The notes below the pieces were generated by a model, which saw only the letters and a program-made list of their open reading frames with translations, was not told the origin of the DNA and did not search any database. A stretch of 64,000 nt of DNA from Rebecca billardiae RCC1528 (Eukaryota; Protista; Haptophyta): contig OZ251231.1 in NCBI GenBank assembly GCA_965240325.2, forward strand, positions 1,674,001 through 1,738,000, written 5' to 3'. Made by a program: the position numbers and the translations under genes. Shown here piece after piece: positions 41,351 through 50,505 of the stretch (positions are counted from its first letter, which is position 1; the number at the start of each line of letters is the position of its first letter).

Positions 41351-44026
41351 CACAGTGCGCTAACCGCCACCGAAAGTTGAATTGGCAGAATCGGCCGATT
41401 CCGCGATCAGGGACGTTTTCGCGGCGGCCGGCCGCCATCGCTGGCGCAGCCATCCGCGCGCGAACACGCGCGCGCAGCGACGCCAGCCGCATGGCGTGCG
41501 CCAAGACGGGGGGCGGCTGAGTTCTGCATCACCTACGCTCGTTCGGGCTCGCGGGTCATGCCTCCCATTGCGGCCGCCTCCGTCCGCCTTTGACCAGAGT
41601 GCGCGTGCAGGTGCGCCAGCAGTTTGCGACATCGCCTCCCGCGCGCCGCGCCACACCGCGGCTGACAGGGGGGTCTAGGAGGGCATCGCAGAAAGTTACG
41701 TGGCTGAAATTGTTCGGTGTACACGCATCATCAAAGGTAGCACAGCTGCGTTTCGCCGTTGACGAGCTGCACCCCCCCTCAATTCGCGGGCTCCCCGCTG
41801 TCGCCTCGCGAGCAGGAACATCTGAAATCCGCACGCGAACATGCGCGCGCAGAGACGCCAGCCGCATGGCGTGCGCCAAGACGGGGGGCGGCTGAGTTCT
41901 GCATCACTCACGCTCGTTCGGGCTCGCGGGTCATGCCTCCCATCGCGGCCGCCTCCGTCCGCCTCTGACCGGAGTGCGCGTGCCGGGCGCTCGGCAGCCT
42001 GCGCGCGCACCTCGCGCGCGCCGCGCCACACGGCGGCTCACAGCGGGGTCTAGGAGGGCATCGCGGAAAGTTACGTGGCTGAAATTGTTCGGTGTACACG
42101 CATGGCCAAGTGCATCACAGCTGCGTTCCACTGTTCACGAGCTGCACCCCCTTGCATTCGCGGGCGCGCCGCGGCCGCGCTCGCGCAGGCGCATGGGATC
42201 CACGTGTTGGCTCGATCATCGGGATCAAGCGGGCTGCGCAGGCAGTGGGCTGGCGTACGAGATCACTACACGCGCAGTGTCAGAATACGCTGCATCAGGT
42301 GTGCCCCGTCGGCTGTGCTGCTGAGCATACGGCACACGACGCGCACTCGAGCAGTCTGGCTGGCGATGAGCCCGAGCATCCCAGCTGGCGTGCGAGTGGC
42401 TTACTGGGCGCAGCTGATGCACGAGCACCCTGCGTTGCGCATCAAAGGTGTCAAGAGCACGCGTTCTCGCCATCCAGTCGTATCTTTCGGCCTCCATGCG
42501 CTCACGGCCAAGGAGATGATCTGCGCGCGTACGCGCGCGCTGCCGATTCCCGAGGAGTGCATGAGGGGGTCGGGTTGCCGCCACAGGGGCACCTGAGCTT
42601 GACTTGAGGGCTGGGTGGAGCAGGCGACGAAAGACGCACGACGAGTGGCTGACGTGATGTGTCTGGGGTCTCCTCGTGGCGCGCTTGCACGTTTTCGGCG
42701 CATCACCATCACTGTGCTGACTTCGCGGCCGACGTCGCCTGCTGGCTGCGGCGCCCCGACCGCGCCCGTGACCAGTGTGCTGACCCGCTCCGACCGCACC
42801 GTGTCCGCGTAGGCGCAGCTGAGACTCGCAGCAGAGTCGTAGCGGCCTATGGCTATAGCCCGGTCGTAGCTTGATATGCGCGCGTAAAGGATGAGGAGTA
42901 GACGTCGTATCAAGCGACCTGCTCGCCTGCTGCTAATAAAATATATATACGCGTGATGATCGGCGCGGCTCTGACGGACCGAATGGATTCCAGCGTGCCC
43001 GCGCGGCGAAGGCACCGGCCACGGACCACGGCCACTAAGCTCGTCGCGTCGTGTCGGCGGACGGCTGGCTGGCGGATGAGTCGGCAGGCTTGGGGAGCCC
43101 GCGAGCGCGGCACGCCACGCTGTTTGCATGCTGTAGTTGCGCATCGCCTCTTCGTAGACGCGCGCCTCACTCTCAGCTGAGCTCGGGCCGTCGGGTGCGA
43201 CGACGGCTGGCGGGAGCCGCTGACCGTGTCCGTGACATCATGACGACCGACCGCGAACTCCGACCTAGCTGACGGCAGCACTTGCGAGCAGCGCAGCACG
43301 GCGGGGCGCGTTGCGGCCTGCGGCGCGGCGTGGCGGTGGGCCCGCGTGACACGCTGCCAGCGTCACGGACAAGCGCTACCCCGCCCCGTCTCTGCAGCGC
43401 CGCGCTCACACTTGTGACCACGACCTGCACAACACGGGCCGTGGTCAGAAAGCCGTCGCGCGCGCGTTCATTTACGCGGCAACTTGGTGCTGAGCGCCAG
43501 CCGAGAGGTAGTGGCGACGACGACAGCCACTCCAGGTCGATGTGCACCTGCGTCTGTGCCCGGGTGCCGCTGGGATGCGATTGAGGATGAGAGCTTGCGG
43601 CAGCATGCCCTGACATGAGCAGCGGTCAGTTTGGAGAGCGTGAGTCGTGCCAGCACGCCAGAGCAGACGTGCACGTTTCGAGCAGCCGAGCTGTACCATG
43701 AAAGTCAGCAATCTAGCGCGCATGCCGCGCACCCGAAAGAGCTGACTATCTCCGCATGCTCAGAGCAGCCGGCGGCGCGCTCGCAGAGTCGCTTCGGAGT
43801 CGCTTTGCGGCCGTCTCGGCGCGTGTCATGTGGAGCTGCTCTCGAGGCGAAGAAGGAGGAAGGCGTTGATCAGCGCCGCTGAAGACTAGGACTAGGCTCT
43901 CTCGCGAGGTCCGCCGCGCGGTCTACGCCGCCGATCACGGCCTCTTGAGGACGGTCGGCCAGCGCGCGCGTCGGCAGCCATCGTGACGCCTCTCATTCAA
44001 CTTTCGGCCCGTGTTAGCGCACTGTG
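41351..44026. mobile_element. Non-autonomous TIR element with CACAGTG termini (CMC/EnSpm-like; 2-bp TT TSD)
   Basis: 32-bp TIRs CACAGTGCGCTAAC-N5-CCGAAAGTTGAAT at 41351-41382 and 43995-44026; TT on both flanks. Confidence 0.82.
41452..42166 (+). repeat. Tandem duplication with 375-bp period inside the CACAGTG element
   Basis: 41452-41791 versus 41827-42166, sharing e.g. GCATGGCGTGCGCCAAGACGGGGGGCGGCTGAGTTCTGCATCAC and GAAAGTTACGTGGCTGAAATTGTTCGGTGTACACGCAT. Confidence 0.93.
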
Positions 44027-44664
44027 TTGCAATAAGGGGTGAGGAATCTTGAATGACAATCGCAATTATTGCCCTTTCCGCTCAGGCTGTCTAGGACACA
44101 CTCACCACACTTCTTTCATCAGAGAGCTCTTAATCCTCGCAGATAGAGATGTCGAATCCCACCCGCATTGGGCCAAGAAGGCGAAGGCCATTTGTGCCAT
44201 TCAGCGAGGGAATTGTCCTATTAGTATCTATGCCTGCACAAAGAGATTAATACGAGCAGGGGAATCGGATAGTACGAACGCAATCAAGCGTCATCAAGGG
44301 GGTTGAATGCCATTCACTAGCAGCTCTCCCCCTGCTACAAGTACAAAATCCCCACCAGCATCACGCGCGCCATTATCTTTTTTGATTTTGCGGAGCACGT
44401 GCGCCGCCCCCCCCGGCTTTCGCTCACGCTCAGACCTTTCGGGGGGGCCGTGCGCCATAACAGTCATGTGCCGTAGCAGTACCGCCGCCGTGTCACCCTG
44501 CTGTAGCGACTGAGTAGTAGCAGTACCGCGGTCTGAATCATAGCCTGCTACTCAGATGATCGAGTGATATGAGTTGCGGCCATCACGATATGTATAGTTA
44601 TGCCGATTTAAATCTCATCAACAATAAAACGTCGCAGCCGAATATGCTATTCGTCACTACGAAG

Positions 44665-44666
<2 letters not shown>

Positions 44667-44755
<89 letters not shown>
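44667..44755. repeat. (TA)n microsatellite
   Basis: Directly visible. Confidence 0.98.
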
Positions 44756-44758
<3 letters not shown>

Positions 44759-45403
44759 CTATTGAGCGAAGCCTACGTAACTCAGACTGATATTACTAAA
44801 ACTAATATACTATCGCCTATCGGTCTCCGAACTGCTGCTACTCAGAGTCCGTGACGATCTCATCATCAGGCTCAGCAGGTCGATATTACCGACAGACCGC
44901 GTCGCTGTGTCAGCGTCGTCAAACACCCAAGGCTCTGGCTCCGGTTGACCCCTGCCAGTCCGGTCATAGAAACCGGGCGTACCGAAAATGATCTTCGCAT
45001 TCCTGCGGCCGAATGAACGCCCGAAGTGTCCCACAGGGCTCCAAGTAGGGTTACTATGGATGGCCAATTATAAGTGCCCAGGGTGTGAAACTCAGTTTGT
45101 GACTACTTCAGACTCTATTTTTCATAGCTATTTACCCAGTCCGGTGACATATTTCCAATAGCTACGGGTGCATCCGGATCGCTCCCGGACCGTGTTCTGA
45201 CCAGAGTCTGAAATGGGTAAATACATAGTAAAAATAGAGTCTGAACTATAGAGGAAGTGCTTGTTGGCCCAATATCGCTCTGAATGAAGTCATCATCTAG
45301 GCATCCATTGAGGTCCTCCTGTGCAGTTTTCACGAGTGACTTCATGAAGGAGCTCACAGTGCCCGTCTCTGGCAGGGGTCAACCGAAGCCAGAGCCCCAA
45401 GTC

Positions 45404-48400
45404 TCAGACCTCGATTGACGACGATGTGGCCATCGGCATCGCTTCATTCGCTTCATCGTCCTCATCGTTGTCAGACGTACCTGCGCGCGCGCCTGCGGCG
45501 CTGCCAGCACTGCCGCTGCGACGCTCCTCGGGCGATTCACTCGCAATGTCAGGCGCGGTGCGTGCCGCGCGGCCGCGCGACGACACGTTAAGCCGTTCGA
45601 GGAAAGTTGGCGACGAGAAGCTGGTGCTGCGGGAGCCGATGGCATCGGCGGCTCCATGGCTGCCCTCCACTCGGCTCATCGTCGCCCTGTGCGGCCTCAC
45701 CAGGCCGACCGTTGGGCCGACGGCGGGGAGGCGGAACATGGGCGGCGGCGGCGCCTCGTCGGGCACGTACAGATCGGCGATGCTGATCTCGCCCGAGCCG
45801 TCGCGGTCGAGCCGGTGGAAATGCTCCTTGATCGCCTCGACCGTCTCGTCCTCGACTGCGTACAGCTTGAGCAGCACGTGCTCGACAAACTCGTGCTTGC
45901 TGAGCGACGCCTTCTTGGACGACTTGAGGAGCTGCTCGACAGAGCTGCAGCGGCGCAGCGTCCACTGCGTCGCGACGTGCGACGACACGTCCTGCATCGC
46001 CTTCGCCACCGCGGTGACCGAGAGCGGCAGGTAGACGCACGCCATCGCGCGGCCGAGCATCGTGACGGGCGCAAAGTCACCAAAGCCGATCGTCGTCACG
46101 GTCGCGACCGCGAAGTACAACGAGTCTGTCGCGCTCCAGCCCTCGACCACCACGCCGAGGATGACGCCGAGCAGCAGGAAGAGGAGGACGGGCATGGTCA
46201 GCCGCGCGATGGCGAGCGCGAGCTCGAAGGGCGTCTCCACCACAAAGCCCGCGCCCTTGGGCGTCTGCGGCCCGCCCTCGCCCGTCAGCTTCTTGGCCCC
46301 GCCCGCCGCGCGCCCAGCGCCCGACAGCACGCTCAGCGACTTGACGGACGCCTGGATCAGCTGCCGGTTGGCCGCGGCCTGCGTCTCGATGAGGAGCCCG
46401 GCGAACGAGAAGAGCGCGTACCCCACGGCCACCGTCGAGAGCATCGCGAAGAACGCCGCGAACAGCCGCGCGTCCGCGCGCGACGGCGTCACGTCCCCGT
46501 ACCCCACCGTGGTGAAGACGGCGACCGCAAAGTAGCACGAGTCCAGGACCGACCAGCGCTCGACGGCGGTGAAGTACGCGATGGCGATGCCGACGGCGGC
46601 GCCGAGCATCGCGACGGAGGACGCGAAGAGCAGCGTGCGCTTGAGCACGCGCTGCTTCTCCGGCGTGCTCGCCTCCATCGCCTCCACCGCCCCGCTCACA
46701 GAGTCCGCCAGCAGCCGCTTGCTCAGCTTGCGCGAGACCGGCCGCGGCGCGCTCGCCGCCGGCGCCGAGCCTTCTGGCAGGGACGCGGTCCGGGTCATTC
46801 GCACCATGCTGTCGGTGTGCGCGCGCCCCAGCGCTCTCCGCGGCGGCAGCTCCGGCGGCAGGCTCGCGCTCGCGCCCCCGCTGCCCGCGCTCGCCTCCAG
46901 GGGCGGCAGGCGGCGCCGCGCGCCGCACGCCGCGCGCGGCCGTTCGGGCGAGCCGCCGCAAACGGAGGGCGCAGACATGAAGAGGTCCTGCCCCGCATCT
47001 GCGCACGGCTGCGCGGCCGAGCGCTCCTCGGGCGCGATGCAGGGCGCACCATCCTCCGAGGCGGTCGTGGCGACGGGTGTGGCGTGCGCGGGCCTCGCGC
47101 AGGCGGTGCAGCCCGCCGCGCCGCCCCCATCGCCGTGGGTGCCAGCGGGCTGGTCGGCAGAGCCACAGCCGCAGGCGCCGCCGCCGCTTGGCCCCGCGGC
47201 CTCGAGCGTGCCGCGCTCGGCGGCGGCCGAGGCGCCGTCCACCTCGGACTCGAGACGCGCTGCCTCCACCTCGATGCGCCGGCGCATCGCCGCGTCCATC
47301 ACCAAGCCCTGACGTATCCTGTTCACCGAGAGCACGCGGCGCAGCGAGCGGCGCCAGCGCTTGTGCGCCATCTCGCGAAGGGCGGCGCGCTGCCGGGAGC
47401 GCCGCCGCTCCCACGCCCAGATGTGGACGACAAAGAGGCCGCAGAGGCCAGCGAGCACGCCCACCACGAGCATCGTTGCGAAGGCCGTCCTCTCCTCCGG
47501 CGGCACCCACTCCCGCCACGCCTCCTCGTGCGCCTGCAGCCACGCGCACGCCACGCCCTCGACGGTGGCACCCTCAGTCTCCAGCTCGCGCAGCAGCGCG
47601 CTCAGCTGCCCGTCGCGCAGCTCGACGCGCGCGAGCAGCGCGAACGCCTTCTCGTGGGTGCGCGACAGGCCCGCGTGCGCGAGCTTGAGCAGCTGCTGCC
47701 ACGGGAAGTCGCACGACACGCGGCTGTCCTCCGCCGAGCCCTCGTCCACGTGCGCGTGCTCGCAGTCGCGCCCGTACTCGGGCAGTGAGACGCGTGTCAG
47801 CTCCGCGGCCGAGAACCGCGACGTCAGCCGCGAAGGGATCCAGTTGTACACGAGCGTGGGCTCGTTCCTCTCGACGCGGGCGGCCATGGGATCCAGGTAC
47901 TCCTCCTCACCCAGGTACGCGACGCTCATGTTCAGATCGAGCTCGTTCAGGAGCCCCTCGACAATGCCCGCGTCGTACTCAGGCGTCACGTGCCACAGCC
48001 GACCGCACCCGCCGTCGAGCTCCGCGCATGGCGCGCCGTCGGGCACGTACGCGTCGTGCGCGCCGTCGCCGCCGTGAGTGGGTAATCTCGAGACCACCTC
48101 CGCATCGCGCAGGTGGTGCCAGCCGTGGAAGCGCGAGCCATTCACCAGAGAGGGCGTCATGTACAACCCCGAGCGGCCCGAGTAGCCCGCCTGCCCGAGC
48201 GTGTCGAGCGCGCGCTCCCTGTACACGCGGCGGCTGAAGAGGGCCTGATGCGAGCGAGGCCAGGCCTCCATATCCACGTGCACCTCCCCGTTGGCGAGCG
48301 CCGCGTACGTCGCCTCGCCCGTGCCCAAGTGGACGAGCTCGACCGGGTAGTTGAGAAGCCGGGAGAGCGCGATCGCCGTCACCATCGTGATGAGCTGGTG

Positions 48401-48502
48401 GGAGCGCCAGCTGTGGCTGACGAGGCGCACGGTGGACGCCTTCACCAGAGGGGTCACGTAGGGCAGCTCGCATCCCTCCCACGGCGCCGACGAGGCGCGC
48501 AT
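45404..48502 (-). CDS. Fusion of a ProX/OpuAC-type substrate-binding domain, a TM helix and a TPK/KCO-type two-pore K+ channel with EF-hand
   Basis: Uninterrupted 1032-aa ORF. PBP motifs SWRSHQL, YAALANGEVHVDMEAW, EPTLVYNWIP, VACAWLQAHEEAWREWV; TM at about 47412-47480; pore 1 DSCYFAVAVFTTVGYGD; pore 2 DSLYFAVATVTTIGFGD; EF-hand FHRLDRDGSGEISIADL. The 5' end is uncertain. Confidence 0.88.
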   Translation of the reverse strand: MRASSAPWEGCELPYVTPLVKASTVRLVSHSWRSHQLITMVTAIALSRLLNYPVELVHLGTGEATYAALANGEVHVDMEAWPRSHQALFSRRVYRERALDTLGQAGYSGRSGLYMTPSLVNGSRFHGWHHLRDAEVVSRLPTHGGDGAHDAYVPDGAPCAELDGGCGRLWHVTPEYDAGIVEGLLNELDLNMSVAYLGEEEYLDPMAARVERNEPTLVYNWIPSRLTSRFSAAELTRVSLPEYGRDCEHAHVDEGSAEDSRVSCDFPWQQLLKLAHAGLSRTHEKAFALLARVELRDGQLSALLRELETEGATVEGVACAWLQAHEEAWREWVPPEERTAFATMLVVGVLAGLCGLFVVHIWAWERRRSRQRAALREMAHKRWRRSLRRVLSVNRIRQGLVMDAAMRRRIEVEAARLESEVDGASAAAERGTLEAAGPSGGGACGCGSADQPAGTHGDGGGAAGCTACARPAHATPVATTASEDGAPCIAPEERSAAQPCADAGQDLFMSAPSVCGGSPERPRAACGARRRLPPLEASAGSGGASASLPPELPPRRALGRAHTDSMVRMTRTASLPEGSAPAASAPRPVSRKLSKRLLADSVSGAVEAMEASTPEKQRVLKRTLLFASSVAMLGAAVGIAIAYFTAVERWSVLDSCYFAVAVFTTVGYGDVTPSRADARLFAAFFAMLSTVAVGYALFSFAGLLIETQAAANRQLIQASVKSLSVLSGAGRAAGGAKKLTGEGGPQTPKGAGFVVETPFELALAIARLTMPVLLFLLLGVILGVVVEGWSATDSLYFAVATVTTIGFGDFAPVTMLGRAMACVYLPLSVTAVAKAMQDVSSHVATQWTLRRCSSVEQLLKSSKKASLSKHEFVEHVLLKLYAVEDETVEAIKEHFHRLDRDGSGEISIADLYVPDEAPPPPMFRLPAVGPTVGLVRPHRATMSRVEGSHGAADAIGSRSTSFSSPTFLERLNVSSRGRAARTAPDIASESPEERRSGSAGSAAGARAGTSDNDEDDEANEAMPMATSSSIEV

Positions 48503-48697
48503 GGGGAGGTCGTTGGCGCCCCCCAGTGGAGCAGCCGAGCTGCCCAGCCCGTCTCCCTGCTGTTGGGTGATTGGGGAATGTTTGTTGGGGCGCCGGACTG
48601 CCGCTCATTCGCTCAACCGTCGCAGCTTGGCAACAATCAGACTCTCTATGATGCAGTACGAATGTCCTCACAGTAGAGAAAAGTTATACGTATATGG

Positions 48698-49040
48698 CGG
48701 CGACGGCTTCATGGGCGGTGACAGTTGGCGGGCGTCAATCTCGCCTGCCTGAGCTGTGTGCGTCTCTTATTCTGTGCGTCTCTTATTCTTAGTAAACTGT
48801 ATGTACAGTGCGCTGTCGCATCATGTCGGCGCCCAGTCGGAGAGTTCGGACGACGACGTTTTGTGGACGACGGTGGGGCGAGGACGAAGGGCGCTGGCAC
48901 GCCGCGAGGCGGCCACAGCCCTCATCCAGGCCTCGCAGGCGGACGGCTGAACGAACCAATTCCGAGCCGACGGTGCTACCATCGGCGACGGACGGCTTCA
49001 TGGGCGGTGACACTGACACAGTTCGGGCGGGCGCCAATCT
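48698..49040 (+). repeat. Dispersed repeat family R1, two tandem partial copies
   Basis: Matches 3825-3935 and, inverted, 28975-29027; includes a local duplication TGTGCGTCTCTTATTC x2. Confidence 0.85.
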
Positions 49041-49215
49041 CTATGCGGACAGTCAGAAATGTCAAATGTGACTGACATCCTCAGTGATGACGAGCGCGCT
49101 CTCGCAGGCGCCGCCATATGCTGACTCTGAGTCAGCCACGCCTCGGTGTGTCAGGCGTGCCTCCGCGTGCCAGCAGACCGACTGGGCTTGGCTACTGCCG
49201 CGCTGCGCCGAGCGC

Positions 49216-50325
49216 TCATGCGCTCTTGGCCACGGCGCCGTAGTCGGGCAGCACGCGCATCGCCTTGAAGTCGTCAAACATGCGCGCGAACATCGCCTCC
49301 GAGTCAACCGCGTCGGCGAAGCCCGCCTGGCGCAGCTTGGTCGTGTCGGACATCACGTCGTACTCGGCGCTGAACACCCAGTCGGCGAACCCCCACGAGG
49401 CGAGCTTGTCGAGCGGCACCGGCTGCAGGTTGTACTTGGCGACGATACGGTCCCACAGCTCAGCCTTGCCCGCCATCTCCTCCGCGAGAGAGCGCGTCGA
49501 CACGCCGGCGAACTCGAGCCCGAAGTACGCTGCGAACTGCGGGAACACCGTCTCCCAGCGGAAGAAGTCGCCGTTGACCACGTTGTACGCCTCGCCGCCC
49601 GTGCTGCCGCTCGTCGCGGCAAACTCGCACGCCCTCGCGAGGTGCGGCGCGTAGCACACCTGCGCGAGCTTGTCGAAGCAGCCGGGCTTGCCCGGGAAGG
49701 TGAGCGGCAGCCCGAGCTCCTTCTGGATCGCGCAGTACGCCGCGATCGTCACGGCGAGGTTCATCTGCCCCGTGGCGTAGCCGCACACCACGTCCGGGAT
49801 CACCTCGACCCAGTCCCACCGCTTGCCCTGCGCCGCGTGCGCGAGGTAGTCGGCCTGCTGGTGGTAGAAGATGGTGTTCTCCTTGGTGCGCGGGTCGGAC
49901 TCGCGCGCGGGCGTCTTGAACTTGCCCAGGTGCACGCCGTACCGCTTGAGCCCCGTGTTGAGCAGGATGCGCTCCAGCTTGGGCGCATGCGCGTCGGCCG
50001 CGTTCACCGTGTTGCGCAGCAGCGCGACGTTGGTCTCGGTGTCGTCGGTGCCGCCAGGGGCGAGGCCGCAGAAGTAGACGTGCGTCACGTCGCCGATTGC
50101 GCCGCCGCCGAGCTTCGACGCAACGTCCGACTCGTCGAGGAGGTCCACCTTGATCGTGCGCGCGCGCGTGGCAAAGTTGGGCTCGGACGTGGCGAGCACG
50201 ATCACCTCGCGCCACTCCTGCGGGTTGGCGTCGAGGTGCTCGATGATGGAGCGGCCGATGACGCCCTTGCCCACGACGAGGGCGACCTTGCTGCTCGAGT
50301 TCTGCTGCGGGCTCATGCTCACCAT
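49216..50325 (-). CDS. PRISE-family SDR (progesterone 5-beta-reductase/iridoid synthase-like), copy 1
   Basis: Motifs ALVVGKGVIG, DVTHVYF, TGLKRYGVHLG, IFYHQQ, MNLAVTIAAYCAI, PLTFPG, EAYNVVNGDFFRW, KLRQAGF; intronless. Confidence 0.9.
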   Translation of the reverse strand: MVSMSPQQNSSSKVALVVGKGVIGRSIIEHLDANPQEWREVIVLATSEPNFATRARTIKVDLLDESDVASKLGGGAIGDVTHVYFCGLAPGGTDDTETNVALLRNTVNAADAHAPKLERILLNTGLKRYGVHLGKFKTPARESDPRTKENTIFYHQQADYLAHAAQGKRWDWVEVIPDVVCGYATGQMNLAVTIAAYCAIQKELGLPLTFPGKPGCFDKLAQVCYAPHLARACEFAATSGSTGGEAYNVVNGDFFRWETVFPQFAAYFGLEFAGVSTRSLAEEMAGKAELWDRIVAKYNLQPVPLDKLASWGFADWVFSAEYDVMSDTTKLRQAGFADAVDSEAMFARMFDDFKAMRVLPDYGAVAKSA

Positions 50326-50505
50326 GGATGTGCGTGCGGTGCGAGGGGCTCGGTGGTGGACGTGCGAGGCCGAGGGCGTGGTCGGGTGAGGAGCGCTGTG
50401 CTGCGCGAGAGCAGCAAGTTTCTAGCAAACGTTGGGCCGAAAGCGGGCGCCCGGCACGGGATTCCAGGCAAGTGCCGCGAACCATCCATCCGTCGTCCGG
50501 TGCGG

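Noticed and set aside
41351-44026. Assignment as a Transib/RAG transposon
   Set aside because: No 5-bp TSD (AGTTT versus TTGCA), no nonamer match and no transposase ORF; kept only as a CACAGTG-ended element.
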